A stretch of DNA of 64,000 nt from Sminthopsis crassicaudata (lineage: Eukaryota). Location of the stretch: positions 737,842,958-737,906,957 of the forward strand of contig NC_133617.1 in NCBI RefSeq assembly GCF_048593235.1, in the 5' to 3' direction. Both the position numbers and the translations under genes were made by a program. This document shows positions 38,588 to 51,686 of the stretch, one piece after another. Under the pieces are notes generated by a model. The model made no database searches. It was given only the letters and a program-made list of their open reading frames with translations, and was not told where the DNA came from. Within the stretch, counting starts at the first letter, position 1; every line of letters starts with the position of its first letter.

Positions 38588-39466
38588 CTGGGATGAAGAT
38601 CTTTGCTTTTCCATCATTTTTTAGTCACTTTTCCTCCTGTCTGGGTGTAATTAGCTTAGATGCTCTTCTTCCAATTCTGCTCTTTTTTGGGGATAAGCCA
38701 GCAAAGTCAACTGAGCATTAACAGCAATTAAGATCATCTTCTTTCTCCCAGAGTTAAGACCTATTTAATCTTGGGCTTTGGGGCTGGGTCTGAGCCTGTT
38801 ATCTAGCCAATTGATATTTTTTATGGCATAAGAGGCACAATCATGCTAGGAGTAAATAGGGAGGGATTCTATACAAGGAAAATATTTTCTTATTTCAAAA
38901 TGTAAAGACCCCCATGTTAACTCGGTAATGGCTAAGGGAGGTATTGTGGGATAGGAGGCGGATTTGTAGCCAGAAGGGACCTTAGAGTTCATGAGTCCAA
39001 CCTCATTTCAGAGGAAATGAGAAGTATTGAGTAATTTGCCTAAAGTAACTCAGGTGATGAGTAGCATTATCCCACTTGCTTATTCATCACTCTAAAGATG
39101 CTAGCTGGGTTTGGAAGTTTTATTTATTTTTTGTTTTGTTTTTTACATTTTTAAGTTTTACTGCTATTTTTTTAAATATCACTTTAATTTCTGAATATAG
39201 TTCCTCTCCCTTACCACTCAGTGAGTTATCCCTTACAACAAAAAGAGGGAAAAAATGGGCTGATGAAAAGTTCAGCAAAACTAACCAACATGTGAGTTGG
39301 GAATGATGTTCCATGTAACTATTTTTTCCCTGAGGCTACTTAATGACTACACAAGACAAAGAAAAACCTGAAACTGAAAATTGTGTAATTTCAATGTCCT
39401 GAAAGGGTGGAGAAAATGCTCTTCCCTTCTTTGCAGTGGAGGGGGAACCATGGAAAATTGCACAGA

Positions 39467-39590
39467 AGGGCAGCTAGGTGGTTCAGTGGATAGAGCACCA
39501 ACCTGAAGTCAGGAGGAGAGGAGTTCAATCCTAGCCTCAGCTGTGTGACCCTGGGCAAGTCACTTAACCCCAATTGCCTCAGGGAAAAAA
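39467..39590 (+). mobile_element. CORE-SINE, WSINE1-like
   Basis: Typical head and core, short A tail. Confidence 0.75.
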
Positions 39591-42014
39591 TGATAGAGGT
39601 TTGTGTGTCCCAAGGATTCTCATGGAAGGAGGAGCCTTGGGACTCCCTGCCCAGGAAGCAAGACCTGTCACACAGCACTCCTTTGAGATTGATGATTCAT
39701 GAGTTGCCCCTTGCCCTACAAATCAAACTACGCCCAGTGTGTTTACTGGTGATTCATGGCCTTTTCCACCTTGAATGAGTTTGCTTTTGTAATGTGTCTG
39801 AAACAGCACGGGATGATGGAAAGAGAGAGAGCTGGGGAGTTTGGAGCCTTTTCCTAATGCCCGCTATCTATGGGGCCTTGGGATGGCTGAAAGACCATAG
39901 GATTTAGGGGTCAAGGTGTGTACGGTCAAACCTATGTGACATTGACCAAGTGACTTAACAAAAACAAATCGTAACACCTCAGGGTCCTCACTGGTAGAAT
40001 GCAAGGGTTTGACTGGATGATTTCTCAAGGAGCCCCTCACCTCCATCATTCAGTGACTTTATGGTTTAAATTAAGTTCCTGAGAGCAGGGATCTCTGGGA
40101 TGCCTTGTTCAGTACTACCTACTCTCCAGAAGAAAATTTTGACAAGTGACTCTCATGTGCTGGGCACTGTACTGGGTGCTGGGGACAAAGACTAAATAAA
40201 ATAGTCTGCTCTCAAGGAGCTTACTTTCTACTTGGGGATGTTGGGAGAGGGGATGTGAAGAGTCAAGAGCACAGGGAAAATTGAGGAGGGAGAAAATGCC
40301 AATAGCGAGGGCTAAGAGTGGGGATCAGAGAAGGTTCCCTGGCAGGAAAAAAGACACTGGGTGGAGGAGGGGGAAAGAGGAAAGAGGGTACTCATGGCCT
40401 TGGAGGGGACACAGCTTGTGTGTATCAACCATGAACAGTCTGGTTCAGCTGGGATGTAAAGCACATGCAAGAGAACATCATGAAGTAAAAGTGGGAGCCA
40501 GATCACAGAAGCCATTAATGCTGAGGGGAAAGACTTTTGTCTGTTAGTCTATAGGCAATAGAGAGCTATGGAAGGTTTTATAGCTGCCTGGAGATATCAA
40601 GCTATGAGAAAAATGGCAAGGTACCTGTTCCTTAGAATAAGTAGAACTTGACTAGGACAGAAGTATGTCCCTGAACTTTCCTGTTGGAGTTCTGCTCTAA
40701 AGGCAGTCAGGGTCCAGGGATGGGACTGAATCTGACCGCCTTTTCTCCCATGATCTTTCAAGCAGTCCTCCCTCACCCTCTGCTCTTGGAACTATGATTC
40801 GTGATGACGGTAACTAGTATTTGTACAGCATTTTAGGATTTGCAAGGTGTTTTACATACATCATCTCAATGATCTTCACAACAATCCTGGGAGATGGATG
40901 GTTTTGCAGATGAGGAAACTGAGGCAGAGTTGAAGTTAAGTGTTTGAGGCAGTTTTTGACGTAAGATCTCCCTGAGTGCTAGTGCAGTACCAAGGCTCAG
41001 ATCCAATCCTGCTTCCTGCAGGAAGCCTAATTCTCTCCAGTGGTTAGTGCCCTGGCCCATCTTCCGAAGCCAGGAAAGAGATTAAGGATCTAACAGGAAA
41101 AAGCAGACGCATCAGGGGGGTGATGGGCAGATGAGGTAAGGTCATGGGTTACATCCACAGGAAGAATGTGAGCCATGGACAGTTCCCTGGCAGATAAGAC
41201 CCAGAACAGGGGTCAGAGCCAGCACATCCCAGCTCACTGAAGCCAGTAGTGGCTTCCATCTGTGGGAGGGAGCAGATTTTTGCTGTTGCTGGCTTTAAAA
41301 ATGAGACTCTCTTCCAGAGGCAAATAGGAGACAGCCCCAGTGAAGAGCTACTCAAGTGGAAAATGGCATTTGGTGATCAGGAGTGCATTTTACAATCACT
41401 AAAGTAATCCTTTCACAAGCAGGGACACAATGGCATATGGAGAGCAGAATGTGGGCTAGGGCTTCACAAGCTGAGGGCAGAATGCATCCTCTCACACTGC
41501 CAGCTGGGGGATCATGGACAAGGAAACGAATATCTCTGAGTCTCCCTTTGTTCACCTCGAAAATGGGGGTAATAAAACTTTAGTGCCTACCTCCCCCCAA
41601 GTTGTCATAAGACTCAAATGGCTTAGGACACATTAAAGCTTGTTGTCATTTCGATCATGTCCACTTATTCATGATCCCTTTGGAAGTTTTCTGGGTGGGA
41701 ATGGTTTGTCATGTCCTTCTCCAGCTCATTTTACAGAGAAGGAAACTGAGGCAAACTGGATAATTTGTCCAGGGTCATAGAGCTAGTAAGTGTCTGAAGT
41801 CAGATTTGAACTCAGGAAGACTGCCATGTCTTCCTGCCTCCAGGCCCCACACTACCCATTGTGTGTCACTGAGATGCACATAAAATAATTATTAAATTAT
41901 TAATTATTAAAATTAAAATATTCAAAAATTTCACCAATCCTTTTAGGATACTGTGCATGTGATATAGACATACCTACACACATAGATATTCACACTTCTG
42001 AGACAAAGTATATG

Positions 42015-43370
42015 TCAATATGCATATATAATATGTACACCTATGTATTTGTGTTGTGTGCTTACACGTGTGTTTATATACATGTAGATATAGTGCATTG
42101 TGTATTTACAGATGTGCATGTGTGGATTGAAGTGATTTGCAAATTTTAAATTACCGTGTAAACGTCTATTATTATTATTCCTACCAGAAAACCTGGAATA
42201 AGTGACATGAAATATTAATATAAACATACATAATATGTCCACCTGTAGAATTGTGTCAGTGTACTTAAACATGTGTTTACATATATGTAGATCTAGTACA
42301 CTGTGTATTTATGCATCTGCATTGTGTATTGAAGTGATCTGAGAATTTTAAACTGCCATGTAAACATCTGTCATTATTATTCCTATCAAAAAACCTGAAC
42401 AGGTGGTATGAAATGTTAATATAGCCATATATAATATGTACACCTATATATTGTGTCGGTGTACTTTCCCATGTGTTTACATATATGTAGATCTAATACA
42501 CTGTGTATTTATACATGTGCATTGTGTATTGAAGTGATTTGAGACTTTTAAACCGCCATGTAAACATCTGTCATTATTCCTCCTATCAGAAAATTCAGAA
42601 CAGATGACATGACATGTTAATATATGAATATATAATATATACACCCATGTAATTGTGTCTGTGTTTATGTATATGTAGATCTAGTACTCTGTGTATTTAT
42701 GCATCTGCATTATGTATTGAAGTGATCTGAGAATTTTAAACTGCCATGTAAACATCTGTCATTATTATTCCTATCAAAAAACCTGAACAGGTGGTATGAA
42801 ATGTTAATATAGCCATATATAATATGTACACCTATATATTGTGTCGGTGTACTTACACGTGTGTTTACATATACGTAGATCTAATACACTGTGTATTTAT
42901 ACATGTGCATTGTGTATTGAAGTGATTTGAGACTTTTAAACCGCCATGTAAACATCTGTCATTATTCCTATCAGAAAATCCAGAACAGATGACATGACAT
43001 GTTAATATATGGATATATAATATATACCCATGTAATTGTGTCTGTGTTTATGTATATGTAGATCTAGTACTCTGTGTATTTATACATGTGCATTGTGTAT
43101 TGAAGTGATTTGAGACTTTTAAACCGCCATGTAAACATCTGTCATTATTCCTATGAGAAAATCCAGAACAGATGACATGACATGTTAATATATGGATATA
43201 TAATATACACCCATGTAATTGTGTCTGTGTTTATGTATATGTAGATCTAGTACTCTGTGTATTTATACATGTGCATTGTGTATTGAAGTGATCTAAGAAT
43301 TTTAAATTGCCATGTAAACATCTGTCATTATTCCTATCAGAAAATCTGGAACAGGTGACATGAAATATCA
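42015..43370 (+). repeat. Tandem array of 7 units of 183-203 bp in DNASE1L3 intron 1
   Basis: GTAGAT(C)TA anchors at 42084, 42287, 42487, 42675, 42875, 43058 and 43241. Confidence 0.92.
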
Positions 43371-43443
43371 ACAAAGGGAACGTATGGTTGAACACATTCA
43401 TCAGTATTTGTCTCACACTGATCAGGAAACAGGGACAGAAATA

Positions 43444-44035
43444 TGTGACACCTAGGACGTGTGTCCTGTTGCTGAGCCCTCCACACCTGGGATTTCTTTG
43501 CGTTAGGATGATGAGGACAATAAATGAGGCTCAAAAGGAAAGATGGTTCAATGCTTTCTTCTCCTCCAAAGTAACCAAAGGGCGGGTCCCGTTAGCCAAT
43601 TCATTCGCTACTCTATGCTGTGTTAAAACAAAGTCTTTATTGATAGTAAAGGGATAGACTGGCATTTGGCCTCTAGGTTGAGAAAGGCCAAACTTGCCTG
43701 AAAGGGCAGGGGACTCCAGAACAAAGTTGGCGGGCACAAGGAAAAACCAAGTGCAAGAAATAGAATTTTGGAAATTCATTTTATACATAATCAGGGCCAT
43801 AAAACAAAGTTTGTTCTTCGGATATAGAGATGTTATCCAAGAAGTTCCAAAGAGATTTGTAAATAAGACAGGAATCTCTCCTAAGGATGTAAAATTCTAT
43901 TAATCATTTGTGTCTCAGGTTATCTCCTTCAACCTGTCCCAAGACAGGAAATTCCTGTTAATCATTTGTATCTTGGGCTATCTCTTTTAACCTCACCAAG
44001 GAGAGCTCTCTCTAAAAACTCCAGCCCATAGCACA
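43444..44035 (-). mobile_element. Probable solo LTR
   Basis: TG...CA-bounded block with minus-strand AATAAAGACTTT and internal short duplications; TSD not found. Confidence 0.4.
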
Positions 44036-44980
44036 AAAAGAAGATGTGATGGCAATGCTAAGTGACTATTGGAAGCAGAAGGATTGACAGACATTTACAG
44101 CCTGATTTTTTGGCCTTCAGAAAATCCTAGAGTCAGTCTACCAGCAGACAAAAACGAAGTTTTGTTTCTTTGATGTAATCTCTTCCTTTATGCAGATAAG
44201 CATCAATGGAGGAAGCAATGGGGTCCAACCCCCTCATTTTATAGGTGAAAAGGCTTACCAGGTCAGAAGATGAGCATTAGTTAGAACCAGATACTTACAT
44301 ATTGCTGCTAGATTAATTTTTTCAAAAACATTGTTAGATACTTGTCAATTTTTTGATCAGGAACATCCAATGACTCCCTGTTACCCTAAGGCAATGTGAC
44401 ATAATACATAGAGAGCTGAGTTCATTCAGAAAAGCCTGAGTCTAGCTTCTGACAGATTTTTGGCCTTTAAACTCATAGTGATCTGAGCCAATAGTGTCCA
44501 ACTCACATGGAAATAAGGTTCACTCAACTATACCCAGAAATTCCAGGGTGGAGTGGGAGGCATATATTGATTCAATTTTTAAAAATATAATCTTATCGTT
44601 GTTTAATTGTTTTTTTATTCACTTTGTTAAAAATGTCATTATTACATCTGAATCTGGTTTGAGCTGGACTTCTCTCTAAATAGTTCTTAAAGACTAGACG
44701 CTTCAGAGGAGGTGCCCACCTGCTTGAGTAGGAGTCTCTTCACTAGGGAGTTCTTGAACTCCATGGGTAATAACTCCATTTTGTTCTCAGAATCACAGTA
44801 TTTCAGACTTGTCAATATTTCACACATGCGTGTGCCCATCATTTTATCAGTGTCACTTGTTAGGCTCTCTGGGATGAATAAACAGACTCAATTTCCCTTG
44901 TTGCCATGACCTAGCTAAAAAATACTGAACAGGTTTCCTCTGATGTCTTGCTTTTTGTTTTTGTTTTTGTTTTATCATAG

Positions 44981-45069
44981 ATCATCAGCCGCTGTGACAT
45001 CATGCTTCTAATGGAGATCAAGGACTCCCAAAACATCATTTGTCCCACCTTGATGAAAATGCTGAATGG
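44981..45069 (+). CDS. DNASE1L3: DNASE1L3 exon 2 (IISRCDIMLLMEIKDSQNIICPTLMKMLN-G)
   Basis: T-rich acceptor ending tcatag|, donor GG|gtaaga, 89 nt, MEIKD motif. Confidence 0.96.
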
Positions 45070-45229
45070 GTAAGAAAACACAAGTCTTCAGCCCCCTTTT
45101 ATGCCAACAGACAAGGGCAAAAGAGAACTGAAAGAGGGAAGGAAGGACAGAAGCTGAAACACCTAGTCACATCTGCTCACATTTCCTAGAGCACTTATAT
45201 CCCAAGGAAGAATCTTTACTAATACTTTA

Positions 45230-45630
45230 TTTAAAATTTTTGCATCAATATTCATTAAGGATATTAGTCTATAATTTTCTTTTTCTGTTTTGACTCTTCC
45301 TGGTTTAGATATCAGCACCATATTTATGTCATAGAATGAATTTCACAGGACTCCTTCTTTATCTGTTTTTCCAAACCATTTATGTAGTATTGGAATTCAT
45401 TGTTCTTTGAATATTTGATAGAATCCTCTCATGAATCCATCTGGCCCTAAAGATTTTTTTCTGAGGGAGTTCATTGACAGCTTGTTCAATTCTTTTGCTA
45501 AAGGTTTATTTAAGTACTTTGTTTCCTCTTTTGTTAATGTGGGTAATTTATATTTTTATATATTCATCCATTTCAATTAGATTGTCGGATTTGTTGGCAT
45601 ATAATTGGGCAAGATAGCTCCTAATTATAG
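45230..45630 (-). mobile_element. L1 ORF2 relic
   Basis: Reverse complement of the same ORF2 region seen at 30550-30930. Confidence 0.8.
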
Positions 45631-48600
45631 GAAAGGCCTTTAGGAACCATTCAGAATGAATATGCAAAGGTTAAAATCACAAAATTGAAAATAAAGGAAG
45701 GAAAGATATGAGAAGTCCATTTATTGAAGAGTCAAGAGTTTCCTCTTAAGCCATCTGGCACATTTAGCTTGAGTCTAAGACTCAATTTCCCCATTTGTAA
45801 AATGAGGCTAGATAGGCTTCAGCAAGAACATTCTAAGACTTTAGAATTCTTGAGAGGAGGAAGGAAGGGAGGGCTGAGAATAGTAAATTGGCCTTCTTAG
45901 CCCAAAGTTGAACTCTGCCTTCCTGAGAACCTGCCACCATCTTCAGCTTTCACCATTTTCCCCTTCTGGGTGCTATAGATCAGTCTCAGGGTGGAAGAGA
46001 TAGGCAGCTGGGCAGGAGACTTCTTCATGTGCACTGCTAGGTGACACAATTCTGCCTCATAGGACCAGATATTTACAGTCCAAAGGTCCCTTAGACACTA
46101 AGTCCAATGCTGCCATTTTATAGATGAAGAATCTGAAGGCCAGAGAATGGAAGGGACAGACAGGATCATGGGTATAAAGGCACAGTGGGATCTTAGAGGC
46201 TTATTAACCCATCCCTTTTGTTTTATTGATAAGAAAAATCAGTGATTTGTCCATAAGTAAATGGCAGGACAGATCTTTTTAAGTCAGGGAGCTCTGATCC
46301 TAATTCAAAGTTTTCCATTATGTCCTAGCTGCCTCCTATGGCCTCCACTCTCCCTCAGATCCCCTAATTGGAAAATGTTTCCCATTCTCACTTGACAGAA
46401 GTCCAGAGGTGCTTGACACATGTTCTCACAAGTACATTACAATATCCTTTTAAAAGAAATTAGATTAATGAGTCATTTGCATACAAATCATCAAAATAAG
46501 ACTGGGCTATTCTAGTTATTCAAAACAAGCCTAGCCTTACATAAACAGGAAGCTGGAGTTCAATCTACTATGACCAAGTTCTGGGTTTGGCTTTTTAAAA
46601 AAATGCTGAAAGCCCAAGTTCTGCATGGGCTGCCAAGGGGCCCAAAAGTTCCCCAAAATAGAACTCCGAAGTTCTCCAAGACTCCAGATTCTGCACACAT
46701 AGAGAAGGGGACGACTGAGCTAGGATGCTACGCCCTGTTGGGGCCTTCCCAGGACTGAATCCTTCATTTCCTGGTAGAGAGTGAGAGCAGAAAATAGTCA
46801 CTTTAATCTGAATTCTTACAACTTGGGGGAAAGTTGGTTCCAGCATGTATTTGGCAAACATGAATAAAACCAAAATCTCACAAGTTCAGGATAATAAGTA
46901 GAGGGAGCTAAGGGGATGGAGAAAGGACAGATGAAGCCCAGAAGGAAGAAGGCCAGTTTCCACTAAAAGAGTCTACAATGGTCATTATTTTCAGGCATTC
47001 ATACAAAGCCACAAAATCCCAAAATTGGAAGGGATCTTAACGTCTTCCAACCACAACAAAAATGAACATTTTAATAGTACTTTAAGAGCTTGTAAAGCTC
47101 TTTCCATTTATTTTCTAAATATGTAGGATAATAACAACAGAAATCCCCTTCACAATACATCTGATAAGTGGCTGTCCTATTTGTTCTGAAAGACTTTCAA
47201 TGAGAAGGAGCCCACCATCTCAGAGGTCACTTTGAGTGTAATTCAGTAAGGGAGTTTTTCTTGATAGGAAGCCTAAATCCCTCTTCCATATGGCAGAGAC
47301 TCAAACCCTTCCTTACACTGTGGACTTAGGAACTGGAAGGGGCCATCTGTATCCAGAGAGACTATGGAGACTGTATGCGGATCACAACGTAGTATTTTCA
47401 TTTTTGTTGTTGTTTGTTGTTTTTTTTTCCTCATTTTTTTCCCCTTCTGACTTGATCTTTCTTGCACAGCATGATGGAGGTGGAAATATATTTAGAAGAA
47501 TTGCACATTTTAACCTATATTGAATTAGTTGCTATTCAAGGGAGGAGGGAGAAGGAAGGGAGGGAGAAAAATTTGGAACACAAGGTTCTTCAAGGATGAA
47601 TGCTGATAATTATCTTTGCATGCATTTTGAAAAATAAAAAGCTATCATTATTAAAAATAATAATATTTTATTTCTCCTACTTACATGTAAAAACAATTAA
47701 CATTTATTTAAAAAATTTTTGAGTTCCAAATTTTCTTTCTCCCTCCCTCATCTCCCCCCTCTCCCTGAAACAATAAGCAATTTAAGACATGCATTACTTA
47801 AAAAAAAAAAACCTGTAAATTTAATTTTTTCCTCAATAGTATTTTTTCTAGTTATCTGTGAAGATAGTTTTCAAAATTCATTTTTGTAAGATTTTGAGGT
47901 ACAAATTTTTTCTCTCTCCCTCCCTTTTTCCCCTCTCCCCAAGACAGCAAGCAATCTGCTCTAGGTTAACTTGTAGTACTTTCAAGGAGAGAAGAGAGCA
48001 CTAGGCCTAGAGTCAGACCTGGATTTGGATTCTTTCTTGATGCTCATTAGCAATCAGAAGAGTCATTTAATCACCTTACACCTCAGTCTCCTTACATGTA
48101 CAATGGGAATAACATCTATAATATCTAACTCAAGAATCATCAATAGATTGCTATTTATACTTCTATGTGGACTCATTATCCCTCTTGTTATAATGTAACT
48201 ATACATTATATTATATACAGTACATATACAGGATATAATGTATCTATAGGGATATTTCATTCTCCAGCCCTAAGCAGACTGTTTTTGAGTCATTTTTCAG
48301 TCTGTCCGATTCTTTATGACCTCATTTGAGGTTTGCTTGGCAGAGATACTGGAGGAGCTTGCCATTTCCTTCTCTTGCTCATTTTACAGACAAGGAAACT
48401 GAGGCAAACAGGATTAAGTGATTTACCCAGGGTCACATAGCTAGTAAGTGTTGGATATTCCTGACTTTAGGCCTGACATTCTATCCTTTATACTGCCTAG
48501 CTGCCCCACTTGTCACATAGATGCTTTTGTTAATAAATGACTTTTGGAAAGGATCTCAAAAACCATCCAGACCAGTTCCCTTCATTTACAAATGAGGAAA

Positions 48601-48860
48601 CTGAGGTCATTAAGTGACTTATGCAGGAAATAAATATCAGAATGAGGACTTGAACTTCAGCCCCCTGAAAACCTTAAAGCACTATCATTATACATTGCTC
48701 TTGTGCTTAAGTGTCAAGATCCCAGAAACCAGACTCAGAAAGGAGAAGCTAAAGAAAGAACAAAAGCACATAGTGGGTTTGCAGATGAGAAGACTAAAGA
48801 CCCAAGATGGTGGGACAATGTTGACTTAGGAAGCTCATGGGAAATCTTTCTGTCTTCTAG

Positions 48861-48953
48861 GAAATCCCAAAAAGGCACCATAGAGTACAACTGCATAATT
48901 AGTAACCGGCTGGGAAGAAATGCCTACAAGGAACAGTATGCTTTTCTCTATAG
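48861..48953 (+). CDS. DNASE1L3: DNASE1L3 exon 3 (KSQKGTIEYNCIISNRLGRNAYKEQYAFLY-R)
   Basis: Acceptor tctttctgtcttctag|, donor TAG|gtgagc, 93 nt, RLGRNxYKEQYAFLY motif. Confidence 0.96.
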
Positions 48954-49109
48954 GTGAGCACAAATTTCAGTGGATCTGGGAGGTCAGTAATGTTAATGCT
49001 CTTCCTGTGTTGCTCATGTTCCCTTCTCAAGCTCTTAGCTGATACTCTTATCTATATTCTGTAATTCTCTCTTTGGGAGACTTGACCCAATAGGCTGAAG
49101 TACTTAGAG

Positions 49110-49297
49110 CAGGGGTTCTCAAACTACGGCCCATGGGCCAGATGCAGCTGGTAAGGATGTTTATGTGGGGGGCAGCTAGGTGGCGCAGTGGATAGAGCAC
49201 CAGCCTTGAAGTCAGGAGGACAGAGTTCAAATCTGGTCTCAGACACTTAACACTTCCTAGCTGTGTGACCCTGGGCAAGTCACTTAACCCCAGCCTC

Positions 49298-49329
<32 letters not shown>

Positions 49330-49472
49330 TGTTTATGTGGCCTGACGGGTTATGGCAAATGGGCTGAGGGGCAGAGACAGAGTGTGAGCTTTTGTTTTTA
49401 CTATAGTCCAGCCCTCCCACAGTCTGAGGGACAGTGAACTGGCCCCCTATTTAAAAAGTTGGAGGACCATTG
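49110..49472 (+). mobile_element. hAT MITE of the OC1 (OposCharlie1) type, interrupted by a SINE
   Basis: Termini CAGGGGTTCTCAAACT and AGTTGGAGGACCATTG, 8-bp TSD ACTTAGAG (49102-49109 and 49473-49480); the subterminal GTCTGAGGGACAGTGAACTGGCCCCC matches the recalled OC1 3' end. Confidence 0.85.
49169..49325 (+). mobile_element. CORE-SINE, WSINE1-like, nested in the OC1 MITE
   Basis: Long poly(A) tail, 15-bp TSD AGGATGTTTATGTGG (49154-49168 and 49326-49340). Confidence 0.92.
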
Positions 49473-50674
49473 ACTTAGAGAGAGTCCCTCAATCCCCTCA
49501 CTTTACAGATGAGGAAACTGAGGCACAGGGAGCTCACATCATAGAAGTAGTAAATGACAGAATCGGGACTTGAATGTAGGCCTTCTGCCTCCAAATCCAA
49601 GGTTCTTTCCAAGGCCTCCATCCTTTTAGATCTGTCTCTTAATGTAGCATGGCTATCAATGACAATGTATCTTTTTTTTCCTTTGACACTAGCTTTCAGT
49701 TAGAACCAGTTCTTATAGTTGCCATGGCAATTCACAAAAACTATCTTTAAAGGTATAGATGCATTTTGGGTGTACATTTGGCGAAGGCTTTACCTCCAAT
49801 GAAATCCCAGGGTTTTCCAGGTATCACAGGAACCCATAACCCCATGTAGAAATGACTTTTTTTTTTTTTTTTTATAAAGCCTATCTCAGAGAGGTAGTGT
49901 AACACATTGGATAAAAAGCTGAACTCAAAAAGCCAGGAAAATATGGGAGGGGGAGGAAGTACCATCTCTGAAATTATGAATAAATAAAAATGTTGGTCAA
50001 ATCATTTAACCTCTTGTGCCCCCAACCAAATGTTTAAGACTTTTAAGCTGCAGAGAGGGTGGATGACGTTCATTAGTAGAGGGTATTTCCTATAGTAGCA
50101 GTGAAATTACAGGTCCATTTGATTACTACACAACCCTCATCGCCTCTGCAAAATGAGCTAGAGATCACAACTAGCACTTGCACAATTTATGGTATTTGTT
50201 GGATTACATAATATTTATTGAGGTTGATCATAGTTTATGGAACAGCCTAACAGTTGGGTAGGTAGTTTGACCTTTGGCCTATTGGATTCAATTGACTATT
50301 TATTAAGTGTCTAGGACGTGCAAAGCACTGGGCTAGAAATAGGGATGCAAAGAAACACAACAATCCTCACCCTCAAGGAGCTTATCTTCTGCTGGAGTAA
50401 AATAGCATATACGTATCAAGTATGAGTAATATTGTGCAGAGAAAGTCAAAATGGGTAGAGCACAAGGCTCGGGAAAGTCCGGATCCCCTGAGCTGAACTT
50501 GGAGGGAAGCTGGAGATTCACATGTTTTAGTTTTGCCAAATCAGAAAGTTATAGGTGCTTTCCCCCAAAGAGGATATTAGTCCAAAGTCTTCGTGTCTTT
50601 AAAGTGATTTAAAAAAATTTTTTAAAATGGAAGTGGCTCACACCAGATTTCTGTTTCCTTTTTACTTTATTTAG

Positions 50675-50787
50675 GGAAAGGATGGTATCTGTGAAGAAAA
50701 GCTATCATTATCATGACACCCAGGAAGGAGATGAAGATGTCTTTTCCCGAGAACCTTTTGTGGTCTGGTTCTACTCCCCTAAAACTG
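50675..50787 (+). CDS. DNASE1L3: DNASE1L3 exon 4 (ERMVSVKKSYHYHDTQEGDEDVFSREPFVVWFYSPKT)
   Basis: Acceptor tttactttatttag|, donor CTG|gtgagt, 113 nt, DVFSREPFVVWF motif. Confidence 0.96.
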
Positions 50788-51573
50788 GTGAGTCAGCTAA
50801 GAGCACCAAATTTATTGGATCAGATGATCATAGAGCAAGGAGGGTCCTTAGAGATCAGAGCTCAACCCCTTCATTTTACAGATGAGGAAACTGAGGCTCA
50901 GAAGGAAGTAACTTGCCCTAAATGTGCTCCCGACTCCTGACTCTAACCCTATGACTTCCCTAACTTGTAATGCATCCTTTGGTGTTAATTATAATTGTGC
51001 GTCATTGGAAGTGTCCAGATTGATGGGAATGATCTATGGCACCTCCTCTGTCCTCATATAGTACAACTTGTGCTTTCTCTAAGAGAATTCATCTGTCAAT
51101 CAGCACCAAGAGAACTTGCAGTTCACTTATTTTATCTTTCCATTTGACTATATGTGTGAACACATACACATATACATATTTGTGTGTATATATTTATATA
51201 TGTTTATGCATATATATACATATACATATATGTACATATACATATATATAATATCTCCAACCTATAACTATGCTAAGGGAAAGGAGGAAAGAAGGCATTT
51301 TATAGCCCAATCACCTCTGGACCAATCCAGGCTGGGATTCAAATTGGGGTAAAAGTGTCTTATACATACTAGGTGCTTATTAAATGGTGAATTGAATTCA
51401 AGATGCCAAAGGTCATAATCAAACTACCTGCATAACTCCTAGGCTGATCCTAGGCTAAGGAAACCATATATTCTGGTCAGTAATAAGGGGGATGCTGTTT
51501 CCTTTTTATTCTGTTTCTATGACCTGGACAAGGGAGAGCTTGACTAAATCCCTGTTCTCTCCTATTCCCAAAG

Positions 51574-51686
51574 CTGTCAGAGATTTTGTGATCATCCCTC
51601 TACATACGACACCTGAGACGTCTGTTCGAGAAATCGATGAGCTCTTTGATGTCTACATGGATGTAAAACGTCGATGGAAGCCTGAG
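51574..51686 (+). CDS. DNASE1L3: DNASE1L3 exon 5 (A-VRDFVIIPLHTTPETSVREIDELFDVYMDVKRRWKPE), contains catalytic His160
   Basis: Acceptor ctctcctattcccaaag|, donor GAG|gttact, 113 nt, PLHTTPE motif. Confidence 0.95.
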
